Of a stretch of DNA of 64,000 bases, positions 13,531 through 27,190 are shown piece after piece. Both the position numbers and the translations under genes were made by a program. The first letter of the stretch is position 1. The number at the start of each line of letters is the position of its first letter. The DNA is from the human T2T-CHM13v2.0 reference genome, Homo sapiens. The stretch lies in assembly GCF_009914755.1 (NCBI RefSeq), contig NC_060932.1; one strand, 5' to 3'. The notes below the pieces were generated by a model that ran no database searches, had not been told where the DNA came from, and saw nothing but the letters and a program-made list of their open reading frames with translations.

Positions 13531-15787
13531 TAGAGTCTTGTGGGATACATACAGCAAACTGAGGAACTACTTAGGACTCATGATGGAACTATTATCCTCC
13601 TAAAGGGTCTCATGTCAGCATATCCAAGGCATATTTGTTGGAGCTGTACCAGCTTTGGAAAAGCCAAAAATATTGGAAAACGTGACTGGCAAGACAGATA
13701 CACAGAATGGATTACCTTGACAGAACTGATCTCAACACTCAACGTTGAGGAGCTAATAGTAAAGTTTTAGTTCAAGGATCATCCCATTAAATGGATGTCA
13801 TCATGACCCAGGCTGAGACTACCACTGAAAATCCCTGGGCATTGAAAGCCATGTGTTCAATGTTGTTGTTCTACCATCTCTCAGATCTGATTAATTTTAG
13901 GACTTAGGAATGAAGGGTGGATCATCTTCTAGTATATCAGTTACTTCCTCTTTGAGCTATGTTGGATCTTCCTATCAAAGAAAGACCAGCCCTCTACCAA
14001 GATGACCTATTCCCTAGCAATAATGGTCTCATGATATGCCACACTTGAATCTCTGCAGTGGAGTTCCCTTTTGTCCTCTTATGCTAGGTCTTCTAGGATG
14101 AAGCCTCCATGGCCATTACTAGCTGCTCTGTTGCAGATTATTTCTGAAAAAAAATCTATCATTTAATGCAGAGTATGGAATTGTACAGATTCTCAGTCTG
14201 AAACTAACAGAATGAGCTCAGGAAGTCAAATGAGTCTGGCCCTAGTTCTTAAGCACTGACATGGCTACAGATTGGAAAGCAGACTGAGAGACAATAATGC
14301 ACAAGGTATTTATTGTAGAGTGCTTTTGGGATCAATACCTCTGGAAAAAAAGGAAGCAAGGTTGGATAGAGGAGAAGCTGAGCTATGACACAGTCCAGTG
14401 GAGGCCACAGTTTACCCTGTAGAAAATCTTGAAGCTGGGATGATTCTTAGCTATCCCAAAATTGGGGAAGAAGGCCAGGCTTTTATATTATCTCTGCCTG
14501 TCAACACCATGGGCATGGTGACTGACCTTAGGCAGAGAAGCTTTCTTCATCTGAGACGGTCTCCCATAGAGTAGTGAAAGTTTAGGGCTTTCTTCAGGTA
14601 GCACTTTCTTAGGTGGTTGAGGAGGAGAAGACTTTGTTTCAAAGAGGATTTGACCAGTACACGAAGGTGTCTATCCCAGTCCATCCTTGTACCACCCAGA
14701 TCCACCTCTTCTTATAAGTTCTAAAAGTTACCCTAGGATTTTAGTGGAGCTTGCTTTCTGAAGGAAATACAGAAGAGGGAGGTTAAAGAAGCTATATCCC
14801 ATGAAGCAGCTGGTGTTGGGCCTGTCACCTGATCGACAGCATCACCCTCTACAGGCGGACTTCCCTCGCTCTTGTGTAGCACCTCTGCTGGTCTTGGTGG
14901 CTTCCCCGATAGCATGACCCAGCCTGTCATCCCTCACGGGCCTGATCTCCTGGACATCACATTTTTCTGAGGCTATGAATGCTGTGTACTTGCCAGTCTA
15001 TAACCAAAACGGAGCAAAAGACTGCCAAGAAAGCACTCAAGTAGATCATCTGGGTACCAAAGCATACTCATTCCTACTTGCCAGGGTGAAAGCAACCCTA
15101 CCTCCTCCTGATGACGGGAGTCAATTACCCTTGCCAGGATGGTGTCCCTTTTTCTCCTCTGCTGGTTCCTTAACTCAAGGAGTGTACAGTGCTTAGGGAG
15201 AAACCAGAGCTTATGGTTAAATAGGTCTCTTGCCCTTGCCTCTCTTGGGAACGAGTACCTCTGTCTGAAAAGCCCCAAGTTGTAGGATCAAGAACAGGAA
15301 TGAAACAAAACATGGGTCACTGAGAGGACAAATGGAATCCATGTCTCCTCTCAGCCCTTGGTTCTCAGTCGCATGGCAATGTCAACCACAATCCACCTCT
15401 TGCATACTTAAATTCACTTTGTGTTAATGACTTGGCTCTATAGAAATGTCTCTGATTTGAAGTGTTCTGCATCAGGAGACTGTCACCCAAAGTATTTCCC
15501 CCAAACAGGAGCAGCAGCCACACCCACTGCCTACGTTGTGCCTGAAATGGCCTTGCTTCTCTTCATCCCCTTCCTTATCCTCCTCATCCCCACCACCTAA
15601 TCACTGGCCTACATCCTCCTGCAATGCTCCTGGGGAAAATCAGTTTAAGCAGTGTGCTACCAAGAGTGGTCCTAGGAAGCAGAGTTATAGAATGGGATTT
15701 TTGGAGGCAGATTACTCACCGGCCAGATGACAAGGACCCCGTTGCTGGCAATAGGTGGGCTATTGCTAGTAATGGTAGAACTAGGGG

Positions 15788-15910
15788 AGTGGTTCTCAAA
15801 GCGTGGTCCCCATGCCCACAGCAGCATCTCTTAGGAACTTGTTACAAATGAAAATTCACTGACCTCACCCCAAACCTACTGAATCAACCTCCAGTGGGGC
15901 CCAGAAGTGC
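15788..15910. mobile_element. MER5A (hAT-Charlie MITE)
   Basis: agtggttctcaaagcgtggtcccc...cagcagcatc...ggaacttgttacaaatg...cctactgaatca. Confidence 0.8.
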
Positions 15911-16061
15911 ATGCTAAAGGCAGAGACTCTGCCCCCGTGGAGTCTGTCTGACAAAAGGGCATGCACTGGCTTGAGCAGTATCTCTAGCATGTGAGAGAGG
16001 AGGAGGGGAATGGTACCTGTAAGGGCTAGAATCCCTTGAGTGTGGCTGGGTCAGCCAGCTA

Positions 16062-16139
16062 TTAAGTTGATGCAAAGATAACTGGTTTTTGCCATTGAAA
16101 GTAATAGCAAAAACCACGACTACCTTTGCACCAACCAAA
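16062..16139. mobile_element. MADE1 (Hsmar1 mariner-derived MITE)
   Basis: About 80-bp near-palindrome TTAAGTTGATGCAAAG...CTTTGCACCAACCAAA flanked by TA. Confidence 0.9.
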
Positions 16140-16583
16140 TACATTTGTAAGGCCCAATGTAAAGGTTAAAAAGGCCCCATAGTGATGTTTAGAGGCCTGA
16201 AGCTCCTAAGCCCTGTCCTCATGCAGGGAGTCTGGCTTATCTGATTCTACTCAGGTGGAATTTAGGACCCTGTTACTTCACAGGTTTTAGGCTTCTGGTC
16301 ACCTCTGGCTATTTCCAAGCTCAACATCCAGTGGGCCACAGCATCATGCCCTGCTTTTTGCATGGTGCTGTCACTTTTAAATATATCACCTATTTTGAGA
16401 CCATGGGGCACTTAACAAATGTACTCACCATACTGCACTGGGATTGACTGTTTGGAATTTATTTTTTAAATAAAAATCCTAGGTTTATACCTAGGAATGG
16501 AGTTTCTGGATCATATGGTAACACAATGTTTAACAACTTGAATGAATGTCACTGTTCAATCCTACCAGCAATATACGAGAGGG

Positions 16584-17400
16584 TGGTGAATTCCTGTAAT
16601 TTTACGTTGCTTCTGTATCCATTTTGAATGTAAGTTGGGACTTTCTCTGCCCAGAAGCAGGACTTAGTCACCTCTGATGCAGGTTCTAGTTCTCTGCCTC
16701 CTTCCAGTTCCTCAGGGTGGTCAATCCAGATATCTGTCTTTTGAAGCTGCCTCCTGGTGATGGCACCTCCCTATGGGATGGCCAGATACAACCTACCTGG
16801 CTCACCCCACTGACCCAGGTGAACTGCAGATATGCTGCAGGAGCGGCTACCTCTCGGTCACAGCGTGATCCCATGGAACTCACACCTGCTTGCTCTGAAC
16901 CCACCAGTCAGCACTTTCCACGGGAAACCTAACTGGGTGCCACCTGGACCCCCAAAAAGGCTTTGGCCCTCAAGTCCCCCCACCATCACTTTCATTCTTC
17001 AGAACTAGCTGAGCATGCATTTCCCAGATGGCTTCCCTGCTACTCCCATTGGCCCTGTGAGGCACACTGCTCTCTTCCTGGATCTGTAAATAAATTACCT
17101 CTGTGATCTCATGTTTTGTCGAGTTGCCACCTCTATGCCTTGCCTGATGCACACATCCAAATCTAACTTCTTCCTGAGTTGGTGCTTTCCTTCTTTCTGT
17201 GAGTGGCCGTAGTGGTAGAAATAAACTGGACACAGGTCAAACAAGAGTTGCAAAGGTGTCTGTCAGGATAGACAAGTTTCCTGTGAGAGGTACCACCTGA
17301 ACATGGGTCAGACATCTGAGGATTCAGCCATCCTCCAGGATAAAGCAGTACCCCCTCAAAGGCACACTGCATCATGGATTAAACATTCCTGAGCAAACTT
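16584..17400 (+). mobile_element. ERV LTR-derived segment (LTR47/MER54-group-like; subfamily and 3' end uncertain)
   Basis: TGGTGAATTCCTGTAATTTT...CCAGAAGCAGGACTTAGTCACC start; internal AATAAA; interrupts L1 sequence. Confidence 0.5.
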
Positions 17401-17978
17401 TCAGGAGCCCCACCAGAGGGAATGATGACTTTAATATTGGCCTTTTTACCTGGCTTAACCTAGTGTTTATCAGATTTCTCCACCATAACATTCCTTTCAT
17501 TCGCTCTTTCTAAACTGTCCTCTTTGGAAGGAAGTCACAATACACAGCCCATATTTAAGGGATGGGAAGTTATACTCCATCTTTCATGAAGCATGTCAAT
17601 TAAAATTTTTCTGCATGAGAGATGTGTCTCCTCTCCTGTTAATGAATGTATTCTTATTCGTAGGGGACTCATGGATACTTATTTTATACTTTGGTTACAA
17701 TCCGCTACTACTTACTTTTTGCTCGAATTGGCCAGGAAATTTGTTCCTATGCCCTTTTGATTTACTCCCCATCAATGTGTCTTGTCTTGTTTAGTTTGAG
17801 CACATACTTACTTTCCGGCATTACAAGATGCTACAGACTCGCCTTGCAGATTTCCTGCCCCTGTCTCTGAATCATTCATTTCTCTAAGGAGCTCCTTTTA
17901 TCAGAATGGTCTTAGAAACCAAGATCCCTGTCCTGGGTACACTTGTTGCTATTGAAGTATCATTTCTTTTTAGGCCCT

Positions 17979-18305
17979 TGACAAGGTTTGGCTGTGTCCC
18001 CACCCAAATCTCATCTTGAATTGTGACGCCCGCAATTCCCACGTGTCATGGAAGAGACCTAGTTGGAGGTAATTGAATCATGGGGGTGGGTCTTTCCCAT
18101 GCTGTTCTCGTGATAGTGAATAAGTCTGAGATCTGATGGGTTTTATAAAGGGCAAGTTCCCCTACACAAGTTCTCTTGCCTCTGCAGCCATGATTGTGAG
18201 GCCTCCCCAGCCACATGGAACTGTGAGTTCATTAAGCCTCTTGTTCTTTATAAATTACTAGTGTTGGGTATGTCTTTATCAGCAGCGTGAAAACAGACAC
18301 ATACA
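17979..18305 (+). mobile_element. THE1B-like MaLR solo LTR
   Basis: TG..GGTTTGGCTGTGTCCCCACCCAAATCTCATCTTGAATTG start, ...ATACA end, 5-bp TSD GCCCT/GCTCT. Confidence 0.9.
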
Positions 18306-19661
18306 GCTCTCTCAGACAACAAAGCAAAGAAGTGTGTGTATGTGTAGACACTAACCTGTGTGTGTATATATATATCTGTAAGTTTCTGTATTGATGTTAA
18401 GCTAAACATGAGTTCACATTAATGTCTAACACTCTAATCCATTACCACATAGATCATTCTAGCTCCTTTCCTTGCTAAGCTGTAAATTCCCATTCCTACA
18501 GTAAGACATCTAGGTCCTACCACCTGTCCATTTAATTATTCAACTTATAGTACTGCTATGTATGCACATAGAAGTATTAGAATCAACGTCCCCGAGGGAA
18601 ACTACATTATTGACAAGAGCATGTTTTTGTACATTTTCTTTTACATTTAGTCTTACAAACTCTATTTCCAATTGTATTTGGGTTATCGCATTTTCCCTCT
18701 CCGTCTCTAGAGAGGTTGTTTCATACATGTTTACTACAGTTAGAATCTTTTGTCAGTCTGCATTCTTTCACGGGATTCCCTGACCTACTAAATGATTTTT
18801 ACTTGCATGCGTTAGGATTTACTCCTTGTGCATAAAAGTTCTGTGGGCTTTGACAAATGACTAACATCATATATCCATCATTGCAATATCATACAGAATA
18901 ATTTTATCACCCTAAAAATCCCCTGTGCGCCACCTATTCATCCCTCCCTGCCTCCCCGAACACCGTGGAAAACACTGATCTTTTTACTGTGTCTATAGTT
19001 CTGTCCTTTAATGAATGTGATACAATTGGAATCATACAGTGTATAGCTTCTTGACCTTAGCAATCTGCATTTAAGGTCACCTCATCTTTTTGTGGCTTGA
19101 TAACTCATTTCTCTTTGTTCCTGAAACATCTATTGTATAGATGTACCACAGTTTATTCTTGTCATTGACAATACCATAGTTGCTTCCAGTTTTGACAATT
19201 ATGAATAAAGTTGCTATAAACATTCACATTCTCATCTTCGTGTGGATGTAAGTTTTCAAATCGATTGGGTAAAGATGCTTATGCGTACATGCGTACAACT
19301 TCTGGATTGCATGCTAAGGTGACGCTTAGCATACAGTCATAAACATTTTTACCTAATGCTTCGTGAGGAACTACCAAACCATCTGCCAAAGTGGCTGTAA
19401 CTTTTGCAACAAGAGAACAAGAGGTCCTGCTGCTCTGTCCTTGCTAGCATTTGACGTTGTCACTTTTTAAAATTTCAATCATTCTAATGGGTATGTAGTA
19501 GTATCTCAATGTTTTTTAAATTTACAATTCCCGAAATGTGTTGCATCTTTTCATATCCTTGTTTTTCATTTATTTATCTCCCTAAAGTATCTTTTGAGAC
19601 TTTACCTATTTTTGAATTGGATTGTTGTTTCCTTTTGGGTTTGTAAAAGTTCTTGTATTTT

Positions 19662-19662
<1 letters not shown>

Positions 19663-19692
<30 letters not shown>
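19663..19692. repeat. (GT)15 microsatellite in an Alu tail
   Basis: Direct reading; lies inside the target-site duplication of the adjacent minus-strand Alu. Confidence 0.95.
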
Positions 19693-19997
<305 letters not shown>

Positions 19998-22900
19998 TGA
20001 ATATAGCTCTTTTATCAGATATGTGCTTTGCAAATATCTTCTCCAGTCTGCATCTTTTTATTACCTTCACAGCTTCTTTCACACAGAAGTTTTTAATCTT
20101 AATAAAGTCTAAGTTACCAATTTTTGTCATGGACGGTGCTTTTGGTGTTCTTATTAAAAACTCATTGCCAAGCCAAAGATCACCTAGATTTTCCCCGATA
20201 ATATCTTCTAGAAGCTTTAGTTTTGTATCTTGCTTTTAGAGCTATGATCTATTTTGAATTTTGTGAAAGGTATAAAATCTGTCTAGATTCATTTTTTTCC
20301 ATATGGGCATCAAAGTGTTCTAGCACCACTTGTTAAACACTTTTTTCCTTTGCGAGAGATGAGTAACATATTTGTGTGACTCTATTTCCAGGCTTTCTAT
20401 TGTTCCATTAATCTGTCTATTCTTTCACAAGTATCACTGTCTTGATCACAGTAGCTTTTATAGTAAGTCTTTGAAGGTGGGTAATGTCGGACTTCCAACA
20501 TTTTTCTTCATTATTGTGTGGGCTATTCTGTTCTTCTTATATAAACTTTAAAATCACTTTGCCAATATCTATAAAACAGTTTACTAGAATTCTGGTTGTA
20601 AGTACACAAAGTGATCTTTTAAATCAGGTAGAAAAGAAAACCAAACCATACATTCCTACTGTCTCTATATTCACCTATGTAGTTATCTTTATCAGTGTTC
20701 TTTATTGCTTCATGTGGATCCAAATTACTGCCTAGTATTTTCAATATCAGCCTGGAGGACTCCCTTGTTATTTCCTGTGGGGCAGGAATGCTGGCAGCTC
20801 TTACAGGTTTTGTTTACCTGGAAAGTCTTAATCTCTCCTTTTGTGTTTGGAATATTCTTTTTCTGGATATTGAATTTTTGGCTGATCAACCTTTATCTTT
20901 CAGCACTTTGAATGTGCCATTCAATTGCCTTCTGGTCTCTATGCTTTCTGATGAAGTCAGCTGTTAATCTTAGTGTTTCTTATTGCTTTTGAAACTTTGG
21001 CTTTTGACAATTTCATTATGATGCATCTGGGTATGAATGTCTTTGAGTTTATTCTACATGGAGTTCATTAAGCTAATTTACATGTGCAGATGAATGTTTA
21101 TCAAATTTTAGAAGTTTTCAAATGATTGTTTCTGTCCTTGTCTCTCCTATTCTGCTGCTTCCATTATTCATATGATAGTATTGATAGTGTCCCACAGGTC
21201 TCCATAGCTCCTTTTCTTTAACTGGATAATATCAAGTGATCTGTCTTCAAGTTTGCTGACTTTTTTCTTCTGCCAGTGCAAATCTTCCATTGTACTCCAG
21301 TAAATTTCATATTTCAGGTATTTTCTCCTAAATTCCACAATTTTATTTAGTTCTTTTTCATAATTTTTGTCTCTTTATCAATATTCTCCATTTGGTGAGA
21401 CATTGTTATCTAAAGTATCAGGATACCCAATACGTTTACTCTAAGACAGTTTCTATCAGCTGTCCTTTATTTTTACCTATATGGGCATACTCTCCTATTT
21501 CTTGTGGGTCTTGTAATTTTTTTTTTGAAGATTGGACACTTTAAAAATCAGATCTCCCTTCCACTACCCCCTGCCAGGTTTTGTTGTTTTAGCTGCTGCT
21601 GCACTTGCTGCTGCTGCTGTTTTTGTAACTTTCCTAAATTGTGTAAGATTTTTACTACTTAGTGGTCATGTACAGCCACTGAAGTCTCTGCTGAGTGTAG
21701 TGATCCCTTCATGATTGGATAGAGTTCCTTAAATGTGTTAATCCAAAACCCTTCCAGCCTTTGCCAAGGGAATCTGTGTGTGTTGGCAGATAGCTTACCA
21801 TTCTTCCTCAGCCTTTACCTCCTGTTTGCAAAGAACTTCAAAATCAGAAGTGAGAGATTTAGGACTTTAAGCCTTTCCTGGGCATGCAACATCTTAGCAC
21901 TTGTGTGTAGCCATTTAGATTGACAGGAATATGTTGGAATTTATCACCATATAGACATCTCCATTTTTCCTTTTAAACTGTAGGGTTGGCCTCTTGTTAG
22001 CCCCAACTGGTAATGCTGCCTTAGATATCTGTGATGTTAAATAATTGTCTGATTATCAGCAAACACCTTGGCATAGAAGTGGTTACACAGGTAAAATAAA
22101 GAATATCCCTGAGGCTGGATCTTGTCATTGGAGGCTTTCAGATTAAATAGTGGAAAATTCTGGAATTGGGGCGACTAGGGAGCTCCGAATTGTTCTGCCT
22201 CTTCCAGTGGCTTGCCAGGCTAATTTCTAGAGCTACTGTAGTTGCAAAGCTGTTATGGTTCTCAAGGTTACCACGAAGCTGAGGGAGGAGGAGGATTGGA
22301 ATAGAGCAAGTTAAAATGCCCCAAAGTTCACTGATAATACTTGAAATCCATCCATTTTCCTTGAACATATACTCCTCAAATTGTTGTTGTAAGCCTTTAG
22401 ACTAATTTCCAGGGTTTTGAGAAAGTTTATTTTTGACAAATCTTGCCTGTATCACCACTGGCTTTTATGGAGTAGATTTTCAAAGGTGGTTGTTCAGCCT
22501 TGGGAGAAGTGCAGGTTTTTTGTCTCTCGATACCAAATGTTTCCATTGTTCTCAAATGATACCCATATCTTTTCAAGTGTCTGGGTCAATTACAAAGTAT
22601 CCCATATTATGAACAAAATCCAGAACTTCTTAGTTCCAATATGATTTGTTTTCCACAGAAAATTCTGGTATTAAACCACAATTTCTCAATGTTCTCTGGA
22701 AAAGGGAGGATGGGGAGATAAAGCTATCAAATGTTGAATATGAAGAGTTTTCATGGAAAAAAAGCACATCTTGCCATTTAAAGAATTACTCAAACTTCAC
22801 ATGGAATATGTCCATTTACTATTTACTGTATTATGATCCCCAAAAGTCAAATGTTATAATACAACAGCACTTGTACTACTAACATAATATCACAGGAAAG

Positions 22901-25681
22901 GCATATTATGTTTAACCCGAATAACTAGCCAAGTAATGACGCCTATAAACTTGAGCTTCTACTGAAAAGAAATTCACAAATATTCTTAAATACACAGCCA
23001 GAGGAAGTTATTTCATGTTTAGTACATGCATTTAAACTTTTAAATAGTTTATAATAGAATATGCCTGAAATTCTTAATTGTTTAAATTTTATTTGCTTGA
23101 AACAGGGTTAAAATAGCAAATACCATGAGAAGAGAAACTTCAGAAGGAAAAAAAGCCTTCAGTATCAATCATAGAGGTGAAACATGTAATAATGGTTAAA
23201 TTTTTAAAGCTCGCTAGCACTTGACTACAAAAACAAATGTTTACCCTAATCCAGTTAGCAAACTCTGATAAGGAAGTTATCCCAGTGAAACCTTAAATTT
23301 TCCACTTACATGATATTATATATTATCACTTTCTAACTTGTTTAAACTTGTGACATTTGATATTTTCATAGTCACTTTATTACAAGACTTAAGGAGAACC
23401 AGACTAGCCAACTCTCGTTTTCCACTAAGGCAATAGCCTCAACGGAGTCTTAAGACAAACATTCTTGTTTTTTTCCTTCTTTTATACTGAGCCTAAAAGC
23501 TTTTAATCTCTTGTTTTCTAAGCCCGTGGAATCATTCAAGCCTGATTGTTCCATAAAAGAATTCTTTCTCAAATGGGAAATTAAATTAGAAATAAAAGTT
23601 AAATCATACCTTATATTTAATGTGTTCAACTATTCAGAGTGTATTTTGCTATAGAATACTTGGAAGCCATAACTTATTAATTTTTTTTGAGTAATTAAGA
23701 AACAGATTTATCAAACACTCAACTTGGCCAAGATGCAAACATATTATAAATAGGAGATTCTAAAATAAGCATCTGACAAATTTAGCAGCAGAAATTTCAT
23801 GTCTCCAATTAAGTATCATAATTGATTCTTGAAGGCATCTTTCCAAACAATTCTCAACTTTGCAAATGCTGAACACTAATTTTAACCCAGTTATCTCTAT
23901 ACATTTGAACAAATCAAAGTCCAAGATCCAGAGTTCTCTAGTAAATTTTTTTCTTTCAAATGCTCTTGCCAAAACTGGGATTTTTTTTTTTCCCACTATT
24001 TCAGAACCTGCACGTTTCAAAGCCAAAAAACTGGAACATATTTTTGTATGTGCACTGGCTATATTCAAGTTCATTTGTGTGAAGAAGAAACCACAATTTA
24101 TTCTGCTCTCCCCTGTACCATGGGGCTAGAAGTCTAACAACTGTATCTGCAGAGTCCCTTACCTCTAAAGTCCTAAATACAGTCTGCATTTTGCTAGCAA
24201 GAAACACAAAAAGCCTGGAAAGTGAAATTGAAACTGATCCCGTTTCTTCCTCTCCAGCGTGTGTGCTTGCCAAATGGGAGCTTTAGCAGCCTCCAATTTC
24301 CTTGGTAATCCTGCCTCAGGCATGTAGAAGAGCCATAAAACCTGCAGTGAGTTCCTTAAGGACCTATACCCTGTGTAGCAGCTGCTGCCTGCCTCTCTGT
24401 AGCAGTGAACCTGGAGTTATTTGGCCCTTTCTAACTTTCACTCCCCTAGTACTGCTGGCAGTTGATAAGTATGTGATTCCCTAAGTCGAATCATTTCTGC
24501 TTGAAATACATAGTGACTTTGTTTTCCTGTAACCTGGATTTGATGGTATTTGATGCCCCCAAACAGGGCAGCCTGGCAACTTCTGAAGCATTTTACAGAG
24601 TGAAGCTCCTCCTCCTCAGCCTTCATTGTCACTGCGAGGCATTGTCAGAATTGGAGCTTCTGAGACTTCCCTAATTTCTCATCTCTCATCTCTCATAGCT
24701 ATGGGGTCAGTGTATCATAAAGCCAAACCCAGATTTTAATCCTTCATATTACAAAATAATCACAAAAGTTAGCTTAATATCTACATCAGGGATCTACATA
24801 AAACTCCAATTCATTCTCGCCCTCCCCATTCTCAGGATACTATTACACTCAAATCACTCGCCAACTCCCAAATCCTACTGAGCGCCACTGCTACAGAAGC
24901 ACCCAAGCCTTACCTGCCTAAGGATTCAAACTTCCCTTGGCTTTTAAAGATCCTCTACTGACTTCACCCAAGAAAGTTACCTTGCAAGGGGACTCTGAAT
25001 CTCCACAAGGCACACTTCTACCGCCTCTCATTTCTTTTAGACCAGTAACTTAAATAGAGACACACACCCAGGGGACAGAGTTGCACATAGAAAGCAATAG
25101 CTTATACGCTGTCAGGATTGCAACCTTTGGTTGTTACATCAGCAGAAAACTAGGGGTGTGTCTGGAAATAGATTATAAAGGTATTAGTCCAGGGAAGAAG
25201 AAATGTAACATTGTACTGGTTTCAAGTAATAATAGAGCACTTACTTTCTATAAAAGTCTAGACTTAATGTGTTGTCTTGAGCAGCTAGCATCAATTGTTT
25301 GGTCTAAACATGAGTTCACTGTTGGCCTGCATTAAGTTGAACTTAAGATGCTAGAACTGCTTTAGCAAAATACAGAAGGGTAACCCAAAGTCTTAGATGG
25401 GCATGGGCTTAATCTTTCATGCCTCATCCCTCACGCCCTTGCCCTACCCTTTTTACTCCAGAGTTGCTGCAGCAATTTAGATAAGGGTGGTCGAACAATG
25501 CCCCATCTTAATTGCACCACATCTGCCTTGCTTTCTGCCCAAGACTTCTCTCTCTTGCTGCCCCGTGAACACCTGTGGGAGCCCTCTTCTCCATTTTTGG
25601 CTCAGGCACAAACCTGAAATTGCAAGGTAGCTACTACCATCTGGCCAAAGGGGTAATGAAATATAGAACTAGACTCCTCTG

Positions 25682-25858
25682 TCCCATGCCTTGTACAGCA
25701 CATTCTATGTACTCAGAAGGCTCCAGAAAAGCTTAGTTAGCTTCAGTTTTCAGTAATGATGAGAACTCTATTCTTCCCATGCCTTGTACAGCACATTCTA
25801 TGTGGTCGCTCAGAAGGTTCCAGAAAAGCTTAGCCCCAGTTTTCAGTGGTGATGAGAA
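25682..25858 (+). repeat. Diverged tandem duplication, period about 93 bp
   Basis: tcccatgccttgtacagcacattctatgt...ccagaaaagcttag...cagttttcagt...gatgagaa at 25682 and again at 25775. Confidence 0.9.
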
Positions 25859-26489
25859 TGTAACCTCTGCTGCAGTGAATATCAGTGCCCCTTTCTGCCT
25901 TTTCCTATAGTGCACATGGTGTGACCACCACCCTCTCGCCCTCCTCATTGAGCACTGTCTCCAGCCGCTGCAGTCTTCTGTCCTTGCACATACCATAGAC
26001 CTCAGGCACCCAGGACTCTGCACCCCTGGAAACCACCCCATCTGGGGACTGATGGAAAGTCTTATATAAATACTTCAGCCCAATTGCCACTCGGGTGGGA
26101 TAATCTCGACCCTCTGGTTCTGAGTCCTCCCACAGGGTTAACTTGCTTGACAATGTGCCCTTCATTCAGAAGAGGTTACTAGGAAATGATAGTAAAAGAA
26201 TAGGGAAATGAGGAAAAGGGAAAGGCAGAAAGTTAGCGCTTGAATTCTTGAGACCTGCTTCTAGGAAAACTTGAAGACAGCTGTTACTGGAAGAGGCTTC
26301 AGAAAGTGGATAAGGGAGATCTAGACTCGGGTCCCTTGCTGGCCAGACTGAAACTAGGACCCCATGACTGATAGTAAGTACATAGTGACAATCCCTGGCA
26401 TGCTGGAGATCATGTTACCAAGGCCCTTCCTGCAGTTAACTGGGATGGACATCAGTAGAACAGGGTGGACTGTCCTATATAGTATCTTT

Positions 26490-26670
26490 AGCACAGGGAA
26501 TATCTGGCAATGTCTGAGACAGTTTTGGTTGTCACAACTGGGCAGGGGGGGGGTCTCCTGTTATCTAGTGGATAGAGGCAAGGGATGCTGCTAGACATAC
26601 CATGATGTACAGGACAGTCCCCCACAACAGGAATAATCAGGCCCAATATCACCCAGTGGATCAGAACCCC
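26490..26670 (+). mobile_element. MER20 (hAT-Charlie)
   Basis: tggcaatgtctgagacagttttggttgtcacaactggg...gggatgctgcta...caggacagtcccccacaac. Confidence 0.85.
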
Positions 26671-27027
26671 AGGTGCCGGTCCAGTCTTTTGATTATGCTA
26701 GTCTCCAAGCTTTATACTTCCTCTTTACATTAAAACATTTAATTTTGTTTAAAATTCAAATGAATTTAACTATAAGACTTTATGTACTAATCAAACAAAA
26801 TGCCTAACTTGTTTAAAGAGTGTTCGTAAATCAGTAGAAGAGATTAACACGTTAAAATCCCCAAATAGAAAGCAAAATGACACATGAAGATCTCTTAATG
26901 ACCATGGCCAACAAACATGCGAGAAGAGATCCTCATTAATAACCAATGAAGTGTAAATGTATCAGGATCATTAGGTAAACAGAAATCACTCGATGTTTCA
27001 AGTAGGCAGAGACTTAAAATGGGGTAC

Positions 27028-27190
27028 CTGGGTGTGGTGGCACCTGTAATCACAGCTACTCTGGAGGCTGAAGCACGAGAATTGTTTGAACCCAGGAGGC
27101 AGAGGTCGTAATGAGTCAAGAACACACCACTGTACTCCAGCCTGGGTGACAGAGTGAGACTCAGTCTCAAAAAAAAAAAAAAAAAAAAAA
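27028..27190 (+). mobile_element. Alu right monomer / 5'-truncated Alu with long A tail
   Basis: CTGGGTGTGGTGG...CCAGCCTGGGTGACAGAGTGAGACT...A(n). Confidence 0.9.

Noticed and set aside
16062-16139. Long hairpin as a novel ncRNA/miRNA
   Set aside because: Fully explained by MADE1 terminal inverted repeats; no expression evidence
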